A stretch of 64,000 nucleotides of DNA from the human T2T-CHM13v2.0 reference genome, Homo sapiens. Both the position numbers and the translations under genes were made by a program. Numbering within the stretch: position 1 is the first letter of the stretch; each line of letters begins with the position of its first letter. Of this stretch, positions 12,601 to 27,916 are shown in pieces. The DNA lies in the NCBI RefSeq assembly GCF_009914755.1, contig NC_060946.1. One strand, 5' to 3'. A model generated the notes under the pieces. It ran no database searches. It was not told where the DNA came from and worked only from the letters and a program-made list of their open reading frames with translations.

Positions 12601-14537
12601 AAACATGAAAAGATATGCTTAGGACCATGTGACTCTAAATAGGTTCTGCATGACATCCCTCGCTTTGGATGTTGGACCCCAAACACTTGGTTTGTGTTTG
12701 GGCCACAAAAAAACCGAATTTTTACCCACGGTTATCACCACTGGGCCAGGCTGCAGCTGGTCATCTTATGCCCAGGGGAAAACTCAGACTGCATAGGCAG
12801 GGGTGAAGGATAAACTTTGGGATGTCCCTTGCCCCTGGTTCCACAGCCTCAGAAAGGTGGGGGTGCCTTAGAGAGGAAAAAGCAGGGACTCTGGAGTATT
12901 TTATATTCCCTTCCATGTTCCTTAGCAAAGCACCTGGCAGCCACTGGGTTTGTAGTGAGTGTTTGTTGAATGACTATATGAGGGTATGGATGAATGAACG
13001 AATTCATGAGTGAATTCATTTTATTTTGTGAAAGTTAAATAATGTATTTAGAATGCTCTTAACATCACCTAAAATAAAATAGAGCTAGTAGTTAATGGGG
13101 CTCATATCAGACAGGCCTGGGTTTGAATCCCAGACCCATCAACCTCTCTCAGTGTGTTTGTGGGTATGTGTACTTCCATCTCTGAGCCTCATTTTCCCCA
13201 TCTGCAAAATGTAGAAAGCAACAGTCCCCACATGACAGAGTAGTTCTGAGGATTAAATGAGACAATGCATGTAAAACACTTAGCACATTGTAAGGCTGAA
13301 AAAGTGGTAGCCATGGTTGTCATTATGAAAGAGTTGCTATCATCATGTGAATGAAGTTGTAGCTATTGTTCATGGGTGGGGGGAATTGGCATCTTTCCTT
13401 CTCCATCTCTCTGCCTCTCTCTTCCTCCCTTTCTCTGTGTCACAAGCCCCACGTGTGCTTAGCCAACCTTGGCAGAGTTGCTGCTGAGTGAATAAAAGGG
13501 CATCTTTCCCCCACCCCAGGACAATGGCCTAGTGCCACCGCATGCAGGCATCATGCCTGTGAAGGGGGCCAGGTGGGTGCCAGGGCACTGAGGCGCTCTG
13601 TGTAGCCCCTGCCGGGTGGGGAGCTGACAATGGCCACTCTGAGGACCATTAAATTTGCCTCCTCCTATGCTTCCCCAAGCCCCAAACCCAGCACCTGCCC
13701 ACTGGGCAAGCCTGCAAGTGAAGGGAGGCTCTGTGCGCCGCCTCGGCCTCAGGCCCACACACATCCGAGGCATTGTTCTTGTTGGCTGCGAGAGCTCGTT
13801 AGGCTCTGGGCAGAGGCTGGCTGGACTCCAGGAGGCAGACATCAAGCCCCACAACTCAAAGAATGGAGGAGCCTGGGGCTTGGCATTAGATGATGCCAGT
13901 CCACTCCTCCGCATGCACTGGGGCTCTGATGCCCAGTGAGAACGTTGACTCTGGAGGAAGAGGGTAGAGATGATGTGTTATGCATCCCTGTGTCCCCCTA
14001 GCTCAAAGTGGTGCTCCATACAGGATTACAGGATGACTGGGAGCTGGGCTGCCGTGGGGTGAGATGGTGCAGGATGGGATAGATTGGGGTGGGGTAGGAC
14101 GGGATAGAATAGAATAGAATAGACTCTGGACATTTTCTTCTTTTGTTGGAGATCCAAATTCTTCCTCAAGTGGACTGAGAAGTCAGCAGGTGTAGACCTG
14201 GCGTGGACAGAGTCACCTGAGAGAGCAGGGGCGATAAGCAGACACTATTTCTCCCTCCAAGTCCTGCAATTCTCAGCCATGGCCCCAAAAGAGAAATTGT
14301 ACCTTAGGATCACCCATCCATAGAACACGAGATCTGGAAGGGTTATTAGAGAACTTTCTGTCCAGTGCTTTTCAGATTATGTTCAAGTCCCAGCACTGCC
14401 ATCTATAATCTATATTGCTTTGAGCAAGTGACTAAACTGATCTAAGCTTCAGTTTCCTCTTTTGTAAAATGTGGGTAATAACATTATCTACCTCCCAGAG
14501 ATGTTGAGAGGAGCAAATGAAATGATCCATAAGTTTA

Positions 14538-14629
14538 AGACCATGGATATAGGACCTTGAATATAGGACCATGGATATAGGACCATGGATATAGGACCTT
14601 GGATATAGGACCTTGAATGTAGGACCTGA
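14538..14629. repeat. 14-bp minisatellite GGACC(A/T)TG(G/A)ATATA x~6.4 inside a MIR
   Basis: Units counted directly. Confidence 0.92.
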
Positions 14630-14774
14630 CATGTAACAAGCACTTATCACCATTGGCCTTCATCATCACCACCATCATCATCAAAGATGATTCGAGTAAG
14701 GGAAAAACTTAGGGAGCTGCTCTCAGACTCCTGCCCCCACTTCTGATTAAATCCATGTGCTCCTATTTTTTACT

Positions 14775-15386
14775 TATTATTAGGGTTCAGTGGTCCCCTG
14801 GACTACTTCAGCTTCAATAATTCACTAGAAGGACTCAGAACTTAGAAAAGCCATCATACCCAGCCATAACCATAAGGTTTATTACAGGGAGAGGACACAG
14901 ACTGAAATCAGCAAAGGGAAGAGGTACATGAGGCAGAGTCCTAGAAACCAGGCACAGCTTCCAGCTTTCCTCTCCGTGTGGGGCCCCATGGACAGCACTT
15001 CTGCCAGCAATGGTGTTGTGGCGACACCCACAGAGTATTGCAAACTAGGGAAACTCACCCGACCTTCAGTGCCCAGGGTTTTATCTGGGGTTGGTCACAC
15101 AGGCATGATTGACCACTCATGTGGCTACCGTTAGTCTCCAGCCTCTCCAGAGGTCAAGCTAATACCAAGGCCAAGGCCCCCACCATCAATCACAATGTTA
15201 GCATGGAGTATCTTGCTAACACTGGCGTTGCCCAAGGACCCCAGGTACACGAAGACTCTAATCAAGCAGGATATTCCAAGGACTTAGCGGTTACCTCTCT
15301 GGAGCAAAGCTCAAGGGCCAAACCTTTTTTCAGACTGTGCAGGGTGTGGACAACCCAGACCTGCTGAGTTAATCCTTTACTGCACA
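14775..15386 (-). mobile_element. MER77/MER21-family ERVL-type LTR
   Basis: ttcactagaaggactcagaact...aaatcagcaaagggaagagg...cctgctgagttaatcctttactgcaca. Confidence 0.75.
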
Positions 15387-15394
15387 GCAGTATA

Positions 15395-15717
15395 CAGATG
15401 GTCCCCAACTTACGATGGTTTGACTTTTTTTTATTTTGAATTTACAACGTTGCAAAAGAGATACGTATTCAGTACTTCTAACTTTGAATTTTGATTCAAA
15501 ATTCTTTATAGCAATTTCATTATAAAATAGGATTTGTGTTAGATGATTTTGCCTAACTGTAGGCCTATGTAAGTGTTCTGAGTATGTTTAAGGTAGGCTA
15601 GGCTAAGCTAGGATGTTCAGTAGGTTAGGTGTATTAAATGCATTTTCAACTTAAGATGTTTTCAATTTACAGTGGGTTAGTCAGGATGTAACCCCATCAT
15701 AAGTCAAAGAGCACCTA
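15395..15717 (-). mobile_element. MER47/Tigger5-type TcMar DNA transposon
   Basis: TIRs cagatggtccccaacttacgat / atcataagtcaaagagcacct; TA flanks; aaggtaggctaggctaagcta core. Confidence 0.85.
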
Positions 15718-17338
15718 TATTGTCATTCCTCTTAAGGTTTTATTTGAAGGAATGATTCCATTATACAGAGGGTAAGTTGAGGCCCAGAAATGACAAGGGA
15801 CTTCCCAAAGGCTGCAGAGTGAGTTAATAAGGCTTTCTGACTGTCCTAGCCCAGAGATTTTTCTGTCATACCACAGGCCTCAGTTTGCCCATCTGTAAAA
15901 TGACGGTGCTAGGCCAGCACCCCCACCTCCTAGGTGCCTTTTGGTTCTGCCTTTACAGAAGTTATTCTCCCACCTTTTTCTGCAGTCTAGTCCTCAGTTG
16001 GAGCATCTGGCTGTCAGCTACCTTTGGGGCCACCAAGTGTCCTCCTTCATCCCCAGGACTCCTACCCTGAGGAGTCACTGGGGACCTTTTAGCTGGAGCA
16101 GATCCCCTGCTGATTTGTTTGTAATAGGTGGTGCTCACTCTGGACACAGCCAGGCCAGGATTCAGAGGCTGGCTGGAGGAGAGACATGGAGCAAATACAG
16201 CCCCTTCCCTCACCTCACTGGGGCATAAGTGTGTGGTCAACCAGCCCGGCTTCAAATCCTGGCCTTGCCACTTACCAGCTGTGACACCTCTCTCTCAGAG
16301 CCCCAGTTTGCTCACCATTAAAACGAAGTTAACAATCACAAAGTCACTGCTGTCCCTGTTGTGTCTAAAGAGAGTACAGTTCCCGCCTCTTAAATGAGAC
16401 CAATTAAGCCTTGCATTTGTAAAACTGCTTTCAACATCTAAAACCCAACCCTTGCTTTACCCCAGTGTTTCTTTAAGGTTAACCAGTCAAAGATCACTGT
16501 CCAAACTTTACAAAGCAGGAAACTTGAGGTTTTGAGAGATGGAATTTGCTCAAGGTCACATGGCAACTTGGGGGCAAAGCCCGTGCTAGAACCCAGGTCT
16601 CCTGATTTCCTGGATCTTTTCTACCTCCAAGCACATCCTTGTAAGTACCTGGGAAGGTCAAGCTACTCTTTATTCTTGTCTGGGAATCTGAGCAAACAGG
16701 TGGAGAGAAATTGTTAACTTACTCATGATGGCTTTTAAACTCACTTGGCAAACTGGATTCATTTCCAAGTATTATATTTCTCTACATAGGTAATTGAAGT
16801 ATAGCATATAGGTAATTGAATGCAGATCGATTTCCCACCCTGAGCTTCCTCTCTGTGCTGACTGGTGTGTCTGTCTCCCTCCCTCAATGACTCACTGATT
16901 TTTTGTGTGTGTACACACATAAATCACACTGCATTCCTCTCCCCCTTGCTGGCTACCTGCAAGAATTCACAAAGCCGTACCATGAGATGCGAAAGCAGTG
17001 GGGGTGCATGGGGTGTGAGGGGAGGTGGTTATGAAGGAGGGAAGGAAGAGGAGTGTTTAAATGCTAATCAGTTGGCATTGATGTCAGCCACAGTTAATCA
17101 GATTGCTAAAGATACAAGGGTAAGATCGTGCGCCTGTGCCAGACTCTCTGGGCTCATTCACGAGGAAGATGGATGCAGGGCCCAGCCAACGCTCTAATGA
17201 GATGTAACTGGACATAAAAGAATGTTCAAGGCTTTCTGAACCCAACATGAATTACAAAGGAGGCCCATTCGTGGGGGAGAAGCCAGCTCACAGAAGACGA
17301 TTATCCGATAATTACTCTTGTAGCCGAAACACTGAGTC

Positions 17339-17497
17339 TTTTTTTTTTTTTTTTTAATATAGCCTCTCTCTCAGCCAGGCTGGAGTATAGTGGTGGGATC
17401 ATGTCTCACTGCAGCCTCTATCTCCTGGGCTCAAGCAATCCTCCCACCTTGGTCTCCCAAAGCACTAGGATTACAGGTGTGAGCCACTGCACCCAGA
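17339..17497 (-). mobile_element. Alu monomer (FRAM-like, or AluJ collapsed between its arms)
   Basis: Left-arm 5' end joined to right-arm 3' end; poly-T. Confidence 0.8.
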
Positions 17498-18529
17498 CTG
17501 AAAGAATCTTTTCTTGCCTGCACAAGCTTTCCCACTTAACACCTGCTACAAGTCCCCCAAAGGCCCCTAGGTTTCTGCAGCAGACTCAGGAGGTATCCAG
17601 GGTGTGAGTTCACGTGTGCAGTTTGGTGTGTTGTTTAGGGTGGCAAAAATCCCTGCTCCATCTGTACGACCGTGGCATATGCCAGAAAATGAAGAGAACA
17701 GCAAGAAATTAATCAGTTGGGCTTCTGTTTGACCTCCTAATGCTAAAGCAAACCATGCGAGTTATGTGGATGAGTTGCCTTCATGTTCTTTGCTTGTAAG
17801 TCAAAGCACGTTTATCTAGGATTAATTTTACCAAGGATTAACCTTTGTGATAACCAGTAGCATACACCATCTACAAATCTACAATCCGTCACTTAAAGAG
17901 ATTGACTTTGTCATACACACCAAGTCTTGTTCTCAGCACTGCAGGCACACTTGTGATTCATTAAATAGATGCTGACTGGGGGCCTACTATGTGTCAGAAC
18001 CATGGCCACAGAATGGGCTCTGGGGAGACAGTGATGAATAGGGTACACATGATCTCTGTCCTCGAGAAACTTCCTCCTAGTAGGGAAGACAGGAAAGAAG
18101 CCAGGTAATTATGAGTGTGTGATTAATGCTTTGGCTTATTTCTTTGGTGGAGTTAAGAATTAAGGAAAGGAGAGTAAATCCAAGTAACGATAATAGCCTA
18201 TGAAAATGCTGGGTATCTTAGAAGAGAGGGAAAGAGAGAGGCATTGATTGATTGAACTCAGGAGAACTGAAATAATTTAGTTGCCATGAGGCAGGCAGTG
18301 AGAAATGAGGATGGGGAAATTTGCTGGGACAGATCACCAGGAACCTTCCAGGGAAAGGTAAGGAGTTTGAAGTTTACCAGGCAGGGAAGGGGCGGTTTAG
18401 AACGATCTCTCTGGCTGCTGCGGAGGCCAGCAAGGAGGTTGTGGAGTGAGGGCCACGCAAGAAGCAGGGCTTTCCTAACAGTTGCTCTGGGAATAATAGG
18501 ATATCTAAAAAGAAATATCTTTCTTTAAA

Positions 18530-18859
18530 AATTTAATTTTAGATTCAGGGGGTCCAGGTGCAATGTGTTACATGAATATATTGCATAACGATGAAGTTTG
18601 GGCTTCTAGTGTACCCATTACCAAAATAGTAAACATGGTGCCTGATAGGTAAGTTTTCAACCCTCACCCGTCTTCCACCCTCCCCACCTTTGGAGTCTCC
18701 AGTGTCTACTATTTCCATCTTTATGTCCATGTGTGCCCATTGTTTAGCTTCCACTTCTAAGTGAGAACATGCAGTATTTGGTTTTGTGTTTCTGAGTTAG
18801 TTCACTTAGGATATGCCTCCAGCTCCATTCATGTTGCTGCAAAGGACATGATTTCATTC
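18530..18859 (-). mobile_element. Short L1PB/old L1PA 3' end
   Basis: gtgagaacatgcagtatttggttt...caaaggacatgatttcattc. Confidence 0.85.
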
Positions 18860-18978
18860 CTAAAAATGTCTTTTTAAGAGACAGTTTGCTCTCCTGGCTT
18901 CTCTTGTGGTGGGACCCAGGTTCTTTGGTGTATTGTAACAATGAAATGTGTTCCATCATTAAAAGGAATGAATTTTTT

Positions 18979-19288
18979 AAAAAAGAAAAGAAGGGGAAAG
19001 AAAGAAGGAAAGAAGGAAGGAAGGAAGGGAGGGAGGAAGGAAGGAATGAAGGAGAGAAAGAAACAGAAAAAGAAAAGGAAAGAAAGAAGAAAAGAAAAGA
19101 AAGAGAAAGAAAGAAAAGGAAGAAAGAAAGAAGGAGAGGAAGGAAGGAGAGAGGAAGGGAAGAAGAAGAAAGAAAGAAAGAAAAAGAAAGAAAGAGGAGA
19201 GAGGAAGGGAGGGAGGGAGGGAGGAAGGAAGGAAGGAAGGAAGGAAGGAAAGACGGAAGGAAGGGAAGGAAGGAAAGAAGGAAAAAAT
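18979..19288. repeat. GA-rich (GGAA/GAAA) low-complexity tract
   Basis: Seen directly. Confidence 0.95.
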
Positions 19289-21264
19289 GAAAAGTGGAGC
19301 TCATCCAACTTCCCCCCCAACCACGTTGAATGACTCCCCAGTGCCTCGACTTCCCATGGAAAGTTAGGCATTCCCCTTGGGCATTTCCCATGCTCTGTCT
19401 GTGACTGCACAACACCACTGCAAGTAATCACCTTAGGCAAGTTTTTTGAGTGTTGAGCAGAACCTAAGGGATGACCATTGGATGGCTTCCTGGTTTAGGC
19501 AGACCCAGTATTGAGATTTTCTTTGTCTCTCCTCCCACGGAGGGTGAACTGCCTGTGGGAGAATGTGATGGGTTTGCTTCCAGCCTCGTTTTCCCACCCA
19601 GCCACCGACTCTGAGAGGAAGAGGAGGGCTGGGGATCTTGGGATTTTCCTGTGCCGTGACATTGGAGGTGTTGAATCACAGAGAGTCAATCTGTGACCCC
19701 ATCCTCCTTCTCTTCTTTCCTGCCTTTCCTGTCTCACTGCCAATAAATTCATCTCCAGTTAGAGGAAGAACATGGAATAGAGATCTGTCCATGTTCATCC
19801 TGAGGAAAAAATTGGGCGAAAAGAAAGGAAGTTAGAACAACTGATCTTTGAGAAGGCCAAGGACCAGGCCGTAGCAGTTTCCATCAGGATGGGGCCGGGG
19901 CACTTGGTCTTGTGTGAGTAATGTCTACACCCTGCTTCCTGTCACCCATGCACAGCTACGTTCAGAATTATAGAACTTCTGGAAACGTCATCAGCTCCTC
20001 AGCATTTGCTAAACGCCCCCAAACATCCCTCCTCCCCCTGGAGAGGTAGAATACAAGTGTCTTTTCTTGGGGACTCCCTGCAGGAGAGAAGCTGATTTCC
20101 CTGTTCCCCACGGAAATGTGAGAGCAGTTAGAAAACCTGAGAAGGCTGGGGTTTGTTCTCTGCCCTCCTCTGAAATTGAGGTGACAAAGGGAGTTAATTA
20201 TTTCGTTTTTAATTATTGCTATAAAAATAGCATGCATGTGGCAAAACAACCCAACTGTATACAATGATATACAATAAAAAAAATAAAAAGTGATTCTCTC
20301 TTTGAGCCCAAACCTCATTTCTACTCTGCTGAGGTAAAGCCCATTACCTGGTTCAAATGTTACACATGTGAGGGCTGGGATGCACACCCGCCTACCTTGA
20401 TTGTTCTTGCTTCACACTGAGTTGTGTTGACATACAGCTGTGCCATTCTTTTTATTATTTTTCAATTTGTTACATAGTTTTTGAATAAGTAAGTCTCCCT
20501 ATAAATACATACGTACATTTATACACATATATATACATATATATGCATGTAAAAAAAGGTCTATAATGAAAATTCTCCTTTCCATCTTTATTCCTCATCA
20601 TTCTACTTCCAATGCCCCACCTCCCCTGTAACCAACATAGTTCATTTCTTGTGTATTCTTTCAAAGTTCCTTTATGCACAGGTAAACAAATGCAAATATA
20701 TGTAGGCTTGTTTTATCTCCCTGTTTTTGCACGAAAGGTAGCATACTCTGCACATCATTCTGCACCTTGGTTTTTGTTTTCTTTTTAGAAGGAAGAAGAC
20801 TTCTTTATTGCTAGTAGGACTAAGCAGCCAATTTGTCTATACAGTCTGAAAACATTCCTAAAACTGCACCCTACACCTCCACCTCTCCCCACCCCACCCT
20901 TATGAGCAAAGAGCTATCATAGTTCAATTCTGAGATGCTCACCTCCCCTGAATCTATATTGACATAGGGTTGAACCCAAGGGAAACCTGGTGTTCAGAGA
21001 ACTCATTTTTCAAAATTTATCTATTTTTAATTGACTAATAAAATTGTATGTATTTATCACATACAACATGATGTTTTGAAATATGCAGGCATCGTGGAAT
21101 GGCTAAGTCAAGCTAATTAACACATGCCCTACTTCACACATTTATTAATTTTGGGGTAAGAACACTTATAATCTAATCTCTTAGCCATTTTTAAGGATAT
21201 AATACATTGTTATTCACTGTAGTCATCATGTCATACAATAGATCCCTTGAACTTATCTCTCCTA

Positions 21265-21996
<732 letters not shown>

Positions 21997-23149
21997 TCCT
22001 AATTTAAATTATGTATCCTTTGACCAACATCTCCTTAATCCTTACCTACCCCTGCCCACCCCTCTGGTAAACACCATTCTACCCTCTGCTTCTGTGAGTT
22101 CAACCTTTTGGATTCCACCACATCTTACTTTTTAACATTACGGAATCCTTGGTCATCTCTCCTCTTCCGTGCATAGATAGCTTCATCATTCTCTTCTCTC
22201 AGCTGCATGGCATTCCACCTGGATATTCTGTAATTGATTTAACCTTATTGATGTATTCTTGATTTATCTTCTAGCCTTTTGCTGCTACAAATGGGGCCGC
22301 ATTGCTTAACTCGTCTGCATAGCATTTTGCACATGGGCAAACATCTCTCTGTAGGATAAATTCCCAGAAGCAGACTCATGAGTCAAAGGGAAGATGTACA
22401 AATAATTCTGAAAGCTCTTGCCGTGTTACACTCTATGTTATTCACCAGTGACTTCATCTCATTCCTTTAAACCCTGCAGATATTTTACTGTGTTCTACAA
22501 TCACGTAACTAGTCCCCTATGGATGGGTATGTATGTTGTTTCCAGATTTTTGCTACTATAAACAATGCTTTGTATTGTGAACACTTTGCAACACCCTAGT
22601 ACGTGTCAATGACCACAAAGGTCTCTCAGCTTTGGGACATGACCAGGCAGCCTGTTTACCTAAAAATCTATTGCTGTTTCAGTGAAGCCTCTTTTGTTCT
22701 CAGGCCATTGAACCCAGACTGTCTTCCTAGCCCTCATTTACCATGGATCTCCAGTCTGACCTGTTACATAAACTCTGGTTGATGTGGAGCATGTCTGCAA
22801 AGCACCCTAGAATAGGCTCCCTGGATGCTCTTGAGAAAAAAGTGTGGTGAGGCAGGTGAAAGGTTGGGACCAACCGTAGGCACAGCTTCAGGTAGAAAGC
22901 GGCATCTAGAGAAAGCTCGAGAGTACCTCAAAAATCATCAAGGGGGCTTTTTAGAAGCCTACCGTGCCAGTATCCAGCTGCCCCAGATTCCATTTTAGAT
23001 GGTCTAGTTAAAATCTTCAGAAAAGAAATGCTGACTTCACTGCTGAAGAGCAGCAGCACTCTCAAATAGAGTTGGTGGCAGGGTAAATAGGTTCAGATTA
23101 TTCTGAAGGTGATTTTTTTTCTATGTCAATCAAAATTTAAAATGTGTAA

Positions 23150-23472
<323 letters not shown>

Positions 23473-24546
23473 GCAATACGACTTCTAGTATGCCCTCCTT
23501 AAGAAATTATGTGAATGTAATCCCCAAAGATGCGTATTAATTGCAGTACTAATTGGAGGAAGGTAGGGGAATGGCAATAATTTGAATATTAATCAATAGG
23601 AGACTGGTTCAGTGAGGTATATGTTTATATTTTAATGTAATCATTTAAAAAGAGTAAAGTGACTATGTGTGTTCTAGTCGAAAGCCCACGGCTTCTAAGT
23701 ACAAAGTTGGTGGTAGAATACTAATGTAATGGAATACTATACAGCAGTGAAAAATGAATCCATCACAGCTGCACTTATCAACATGGATGAATTCTATAAA
23801 GTGTTGATCAACAACAACAATAAAAACAGAGAAAAAAGCAGTTTTCAGGATAATTCCTATGGTATGACAGCATTTATATAATATTTTTAAATGTGCCATA
23901 CAATGCCATACATTGTTCACAGATATTTATATCTGTAACAAATAAGTGCATACAATAAATAATAGCAGTAAAATAAGAACAAGTGCACATAATAAACGAG
24001 AATGCTAAATGCCACATTCAGGGCAGTAGTTCATTCCAGGGGGTGGAGAAGGAGATGGAGAATATTATGGGGGAGGAAAGGCAGGGGTTTCAACTATACT
24101 AGGAGTATTCTATTCTTTAAGATGAAGGTGCACATATGTGGGTATTTACTGCGTTAGCCTTTAACTCTTTTTGATTGACTGAAATATTTCAAAATGTGTT
24201 ACTCAGTAAGTTACAGAACAATATATGCCATGTGATAACTTTGTAAATGTTCAGACAGATAGAAAATGACAACTGTGTTCATGATGGCTGGCAGGCTGCT
24301 GTGTGAGCTCTGCATTTTACTGGCATGATTTCATTTTACTCTCTAAAACTCCAAAAGACAAGGCTGATGAAACCCCACCATACAGATGAGAACAGTGAGC
24401 CCCAGAGGAGGGGAATGGCTGTCCAGTGTCTTACCGGCAGTAACAGTGAGCTAAGTCCAGAACACAAACAGTTCTGACTCCCAATCTCACACTCCTAGGT
24501 GCTATTTTGCCTTTTAAAGTGAAAATATGTAAGTGTTTTTATATCA

Positions 24547-24888
<342 letters not shown>

Positions 24889-25751
24889 CTAATGACGGTT
24901 TAAACAAGATTACAATTAACACTGATACCCTGTAGAAAGCAGGATTGGTGAACAGAACGTAGGAGAGAAGTGCTTGTACTTTTGATTTCTTACCTCTCAG
25001 GTGTTCTTTAATTTTTTGAATAAACTATTTCACAGGAAATAATTATTTGAAGATGTGGGAAAGAGGAAAAGTGCACAGGAAACAAAGTCAGAAAGTGTCT
25101 AACTCTACCCCAGTTTTCTCTCTATGATCTTGAACAAGTCACTTCCCCCATAGGAGTCTTTATTTTTTTTTTCACCTATAAAATGGGAAAAACAAAATGT
25201 CAACTTTACAGTATTGTTTGGAGATCGGAATGAGATCCTAAGAGGGAATGAACTCTATGGAGTATAAATCGCCACTTGAATATCAGTATTGTTAGCATGG
25301 GCATACAGGCAGAGGGTTGCAACTGACTGATAGGGAAGACCCCTGCTGCCCCCAAGGCCACCACCACCTCTGCCTTTTGTTCCAGAAGGTCTTCTCAAAG
25401 TGCAAATGGGATCAATACTATGAATCTATCCTTCCAAGTGGACCACAGGGGGCCGGCAGCTGTTGCCTGGGCCAGTGACAAGCATGTAATAAGTGCAGAA
25501 TGAATGAATGAATGAACGATAAATGGATAAATGAAGTGATGATCAAATGTGCCCGAGACGGAAACTCGGCTCTTGCTAAATCCAACTTCTTTATTTATAA
25601 AATAGACATTAAACTAAGACCTTCTCCAACCCTCAAATTCAATGATACAAGCAACACAAAGCTGATCAGTTCCAGGAATTGGGAAGGAAGTCTTTCTCAG
25701 TCCTGAGGGCAGTGCCAGATCACCTCTGTGTTGTGTTCACTGTGATTAATC

Positions 25752-25990
25752 CAGTGGTCTTCAACCAGAGGCAATCTTGCCACCCAGGAAACATCTGGCA
25801 GTGTTTGGAATCATTTTTGGTTGTCACAACTGGGCAGGTGATGGGAGGGTAGGGCATGCAGGTTGGGGGAGGTTTGCTGCTGGCATCTAGTGGGTAGAAG
25901 CTAGGGATGCTGCTCCGTTTCCTACAATGCATAGAGCAGCTTCTGTCACCCAGCAAAAATGATCCAGCCTAGATGTCAAAGGCATAAAAG
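25752..25990 (+). mobile_element. MER20
   Basis: cagtggtcttcaacc...tttttggttgtcacaactggg...ggcatctagtgggtagaagctagggatgctgct. Confidence 0.85.
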
Positions 25991-26999
25991 TAACTGGCAG
26001 TACAGTTGGTTCTATGCCTTCAACTATCCAGATGTTCCTGGCTTTGTTTTTAATTTTGTGTGATGTGCTCTGCTGTGGTTTTTCAAGCCTCAAACAGCCT
26101 TGTTCTTTCACTGCTGCTGATATGCTGTGTTGACTCTGGACAACCGCTTCCCCTCTTTGAACCTCACACTCCTTTACTGGGCAGTTTGTAACCGTGATCT
26201 CCAGGAGCCTTTTGATCTTTAAGATGTGATATTTATTTTCAGTTTTGTCCCCAGTGGGGCCAAACAATCAAGGCAGGTTGGGCGAGTCTTTATAGTGGAG
26301 TCTGAAGTATAAGAAATAACCACTGGAATGGGTATTAATGAGGATTAGAATAGTGACTAACAGTTTTGCAGTACCTTTTACCAAAAGTACATCCATTGAT
26401 TCACCTGTCAGTCCTGCGTCCTAAAGGTAGTTACTGTAAATAGTGCCATGAGGGAATAATGATCATCATCTCTACCAGGAAACTGCATTCCAAAGAGGCT
26501 CAATGATTCCATCTGTGAAGTGCTTCTGTGATTACAACCTTGTGTGTGCATTCCTAGACCTCTCAATCACCAGGGGCTAGAGACAGCATCTTAAAATCAG
26601 CTCGTTCTGTAAATATTTATTTCATTTAAGAAAGTCTTTTACGTACTTATTATACGTATTTTGGAAAATGCCAAAAAGTAGGAAGGAGAAAATACACCCA
26701 GAGGCCACCAGGGCCTCCATCTTAGTGCCATTCTTCAAGTCAAAACATGATTCTCTGCATTGCAATTTGTTTTACTTCGTTGCTTCTAGCCATTTTCATA
26801 CATACCATAGAATTTTATGTCTCATTCTTTTCACTGAACATTATAGCAGTAGCATCTCCCAGCTCTCGTTTCTTCACTCACATCACCTTGTACCTGCATG
26901 ATGATATGTTACGCTACTGCTTGGAATTCCGTGCCTCTCCCAGGCATTCTGCTGCGGCTGGGGATTTAAGATACAAACCTTCAGCTTCAGAGCTTGTGC

Positions 27000-27300
<301 letters not shown>

Positions 27301-27838
27301 GAGCTTGTGCTTTTTTTTTTTTTCACTTTAATAGGATGTTCCCAGTCTAATCTCCCATCTCCCCATCAAAGTTAGAAAAATGGGAGAGAAAGAGAGATAC
27401 GCTGCTGCCCCAACTTGGATGGCAGAACAAATGTTCAATTGCCTTCTACGTGGCATGGCTCTGTCCTTTGGGGGAAGAGCAACATCAGCGTGCATTTAAG
27501 GAAAGCTCCATCTCTTCTGTTTGATCTCTGTAGTTGATTATCAGTGTGTGTGTGTTTTCCTAACTCCTTGAGGGCAGGGGCCAAATCTTAGAATGTTCAC
27601 TCTCTTGTGTCGAGTGTCAACCATAGGAGAAAGTGAACACCCAACACTTTGATTGATTGACCGCATTTGAGTAGAGCACCGACTGTACGTGATAAAGGAA
27701 GAATCAGATAAATGTGACTATCATGATAGAAAATTTTAAATGTTCTGAAAAAAAATGAGTTAATTTAACTCAGCGGTCATCGGACACCAAGAAAAACAAG
27801 GCTATTGGGGCAAGTTATAAAGTTGCTGGATAAGCAGT

Positions 27839-27916
27839 TTTGTCCCCATGATGTAAGTCTTCTCTATCTGGACATCATCATGGGGATATTCTGATTGCTC
27901 CAGTTTCCTGCTGAGG
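27839..27916. repeat. Copy A of a 78-bp hairpin-forming duplicated element
   Basis: 70/78 ungapped identity to 30125-30202 by manual alignment. Confidence 0.9.

Noticed and set aside
13459-13939. Overlapping 87-151 aa ORFs in GC-richer unique DNA
   Set aside because: No recognisable domain or convincing splice structure; expected by chance at this GC content.
14538-14629. Regular repeats (here and at 46881-47120) considered as CRISPR-like arrays
   Set aside because: Head-to-tail units without unique spacers, in a primate intron with no cas genes.
18744-19440. Long ORFs of 224, 188, 134 and 130 aa on both strands
   Set aside because: Artefacts of a stop-poor GA/CT low-complexity tract; the same applies to 32305-32598, 34825-35313 and 57013-57276.
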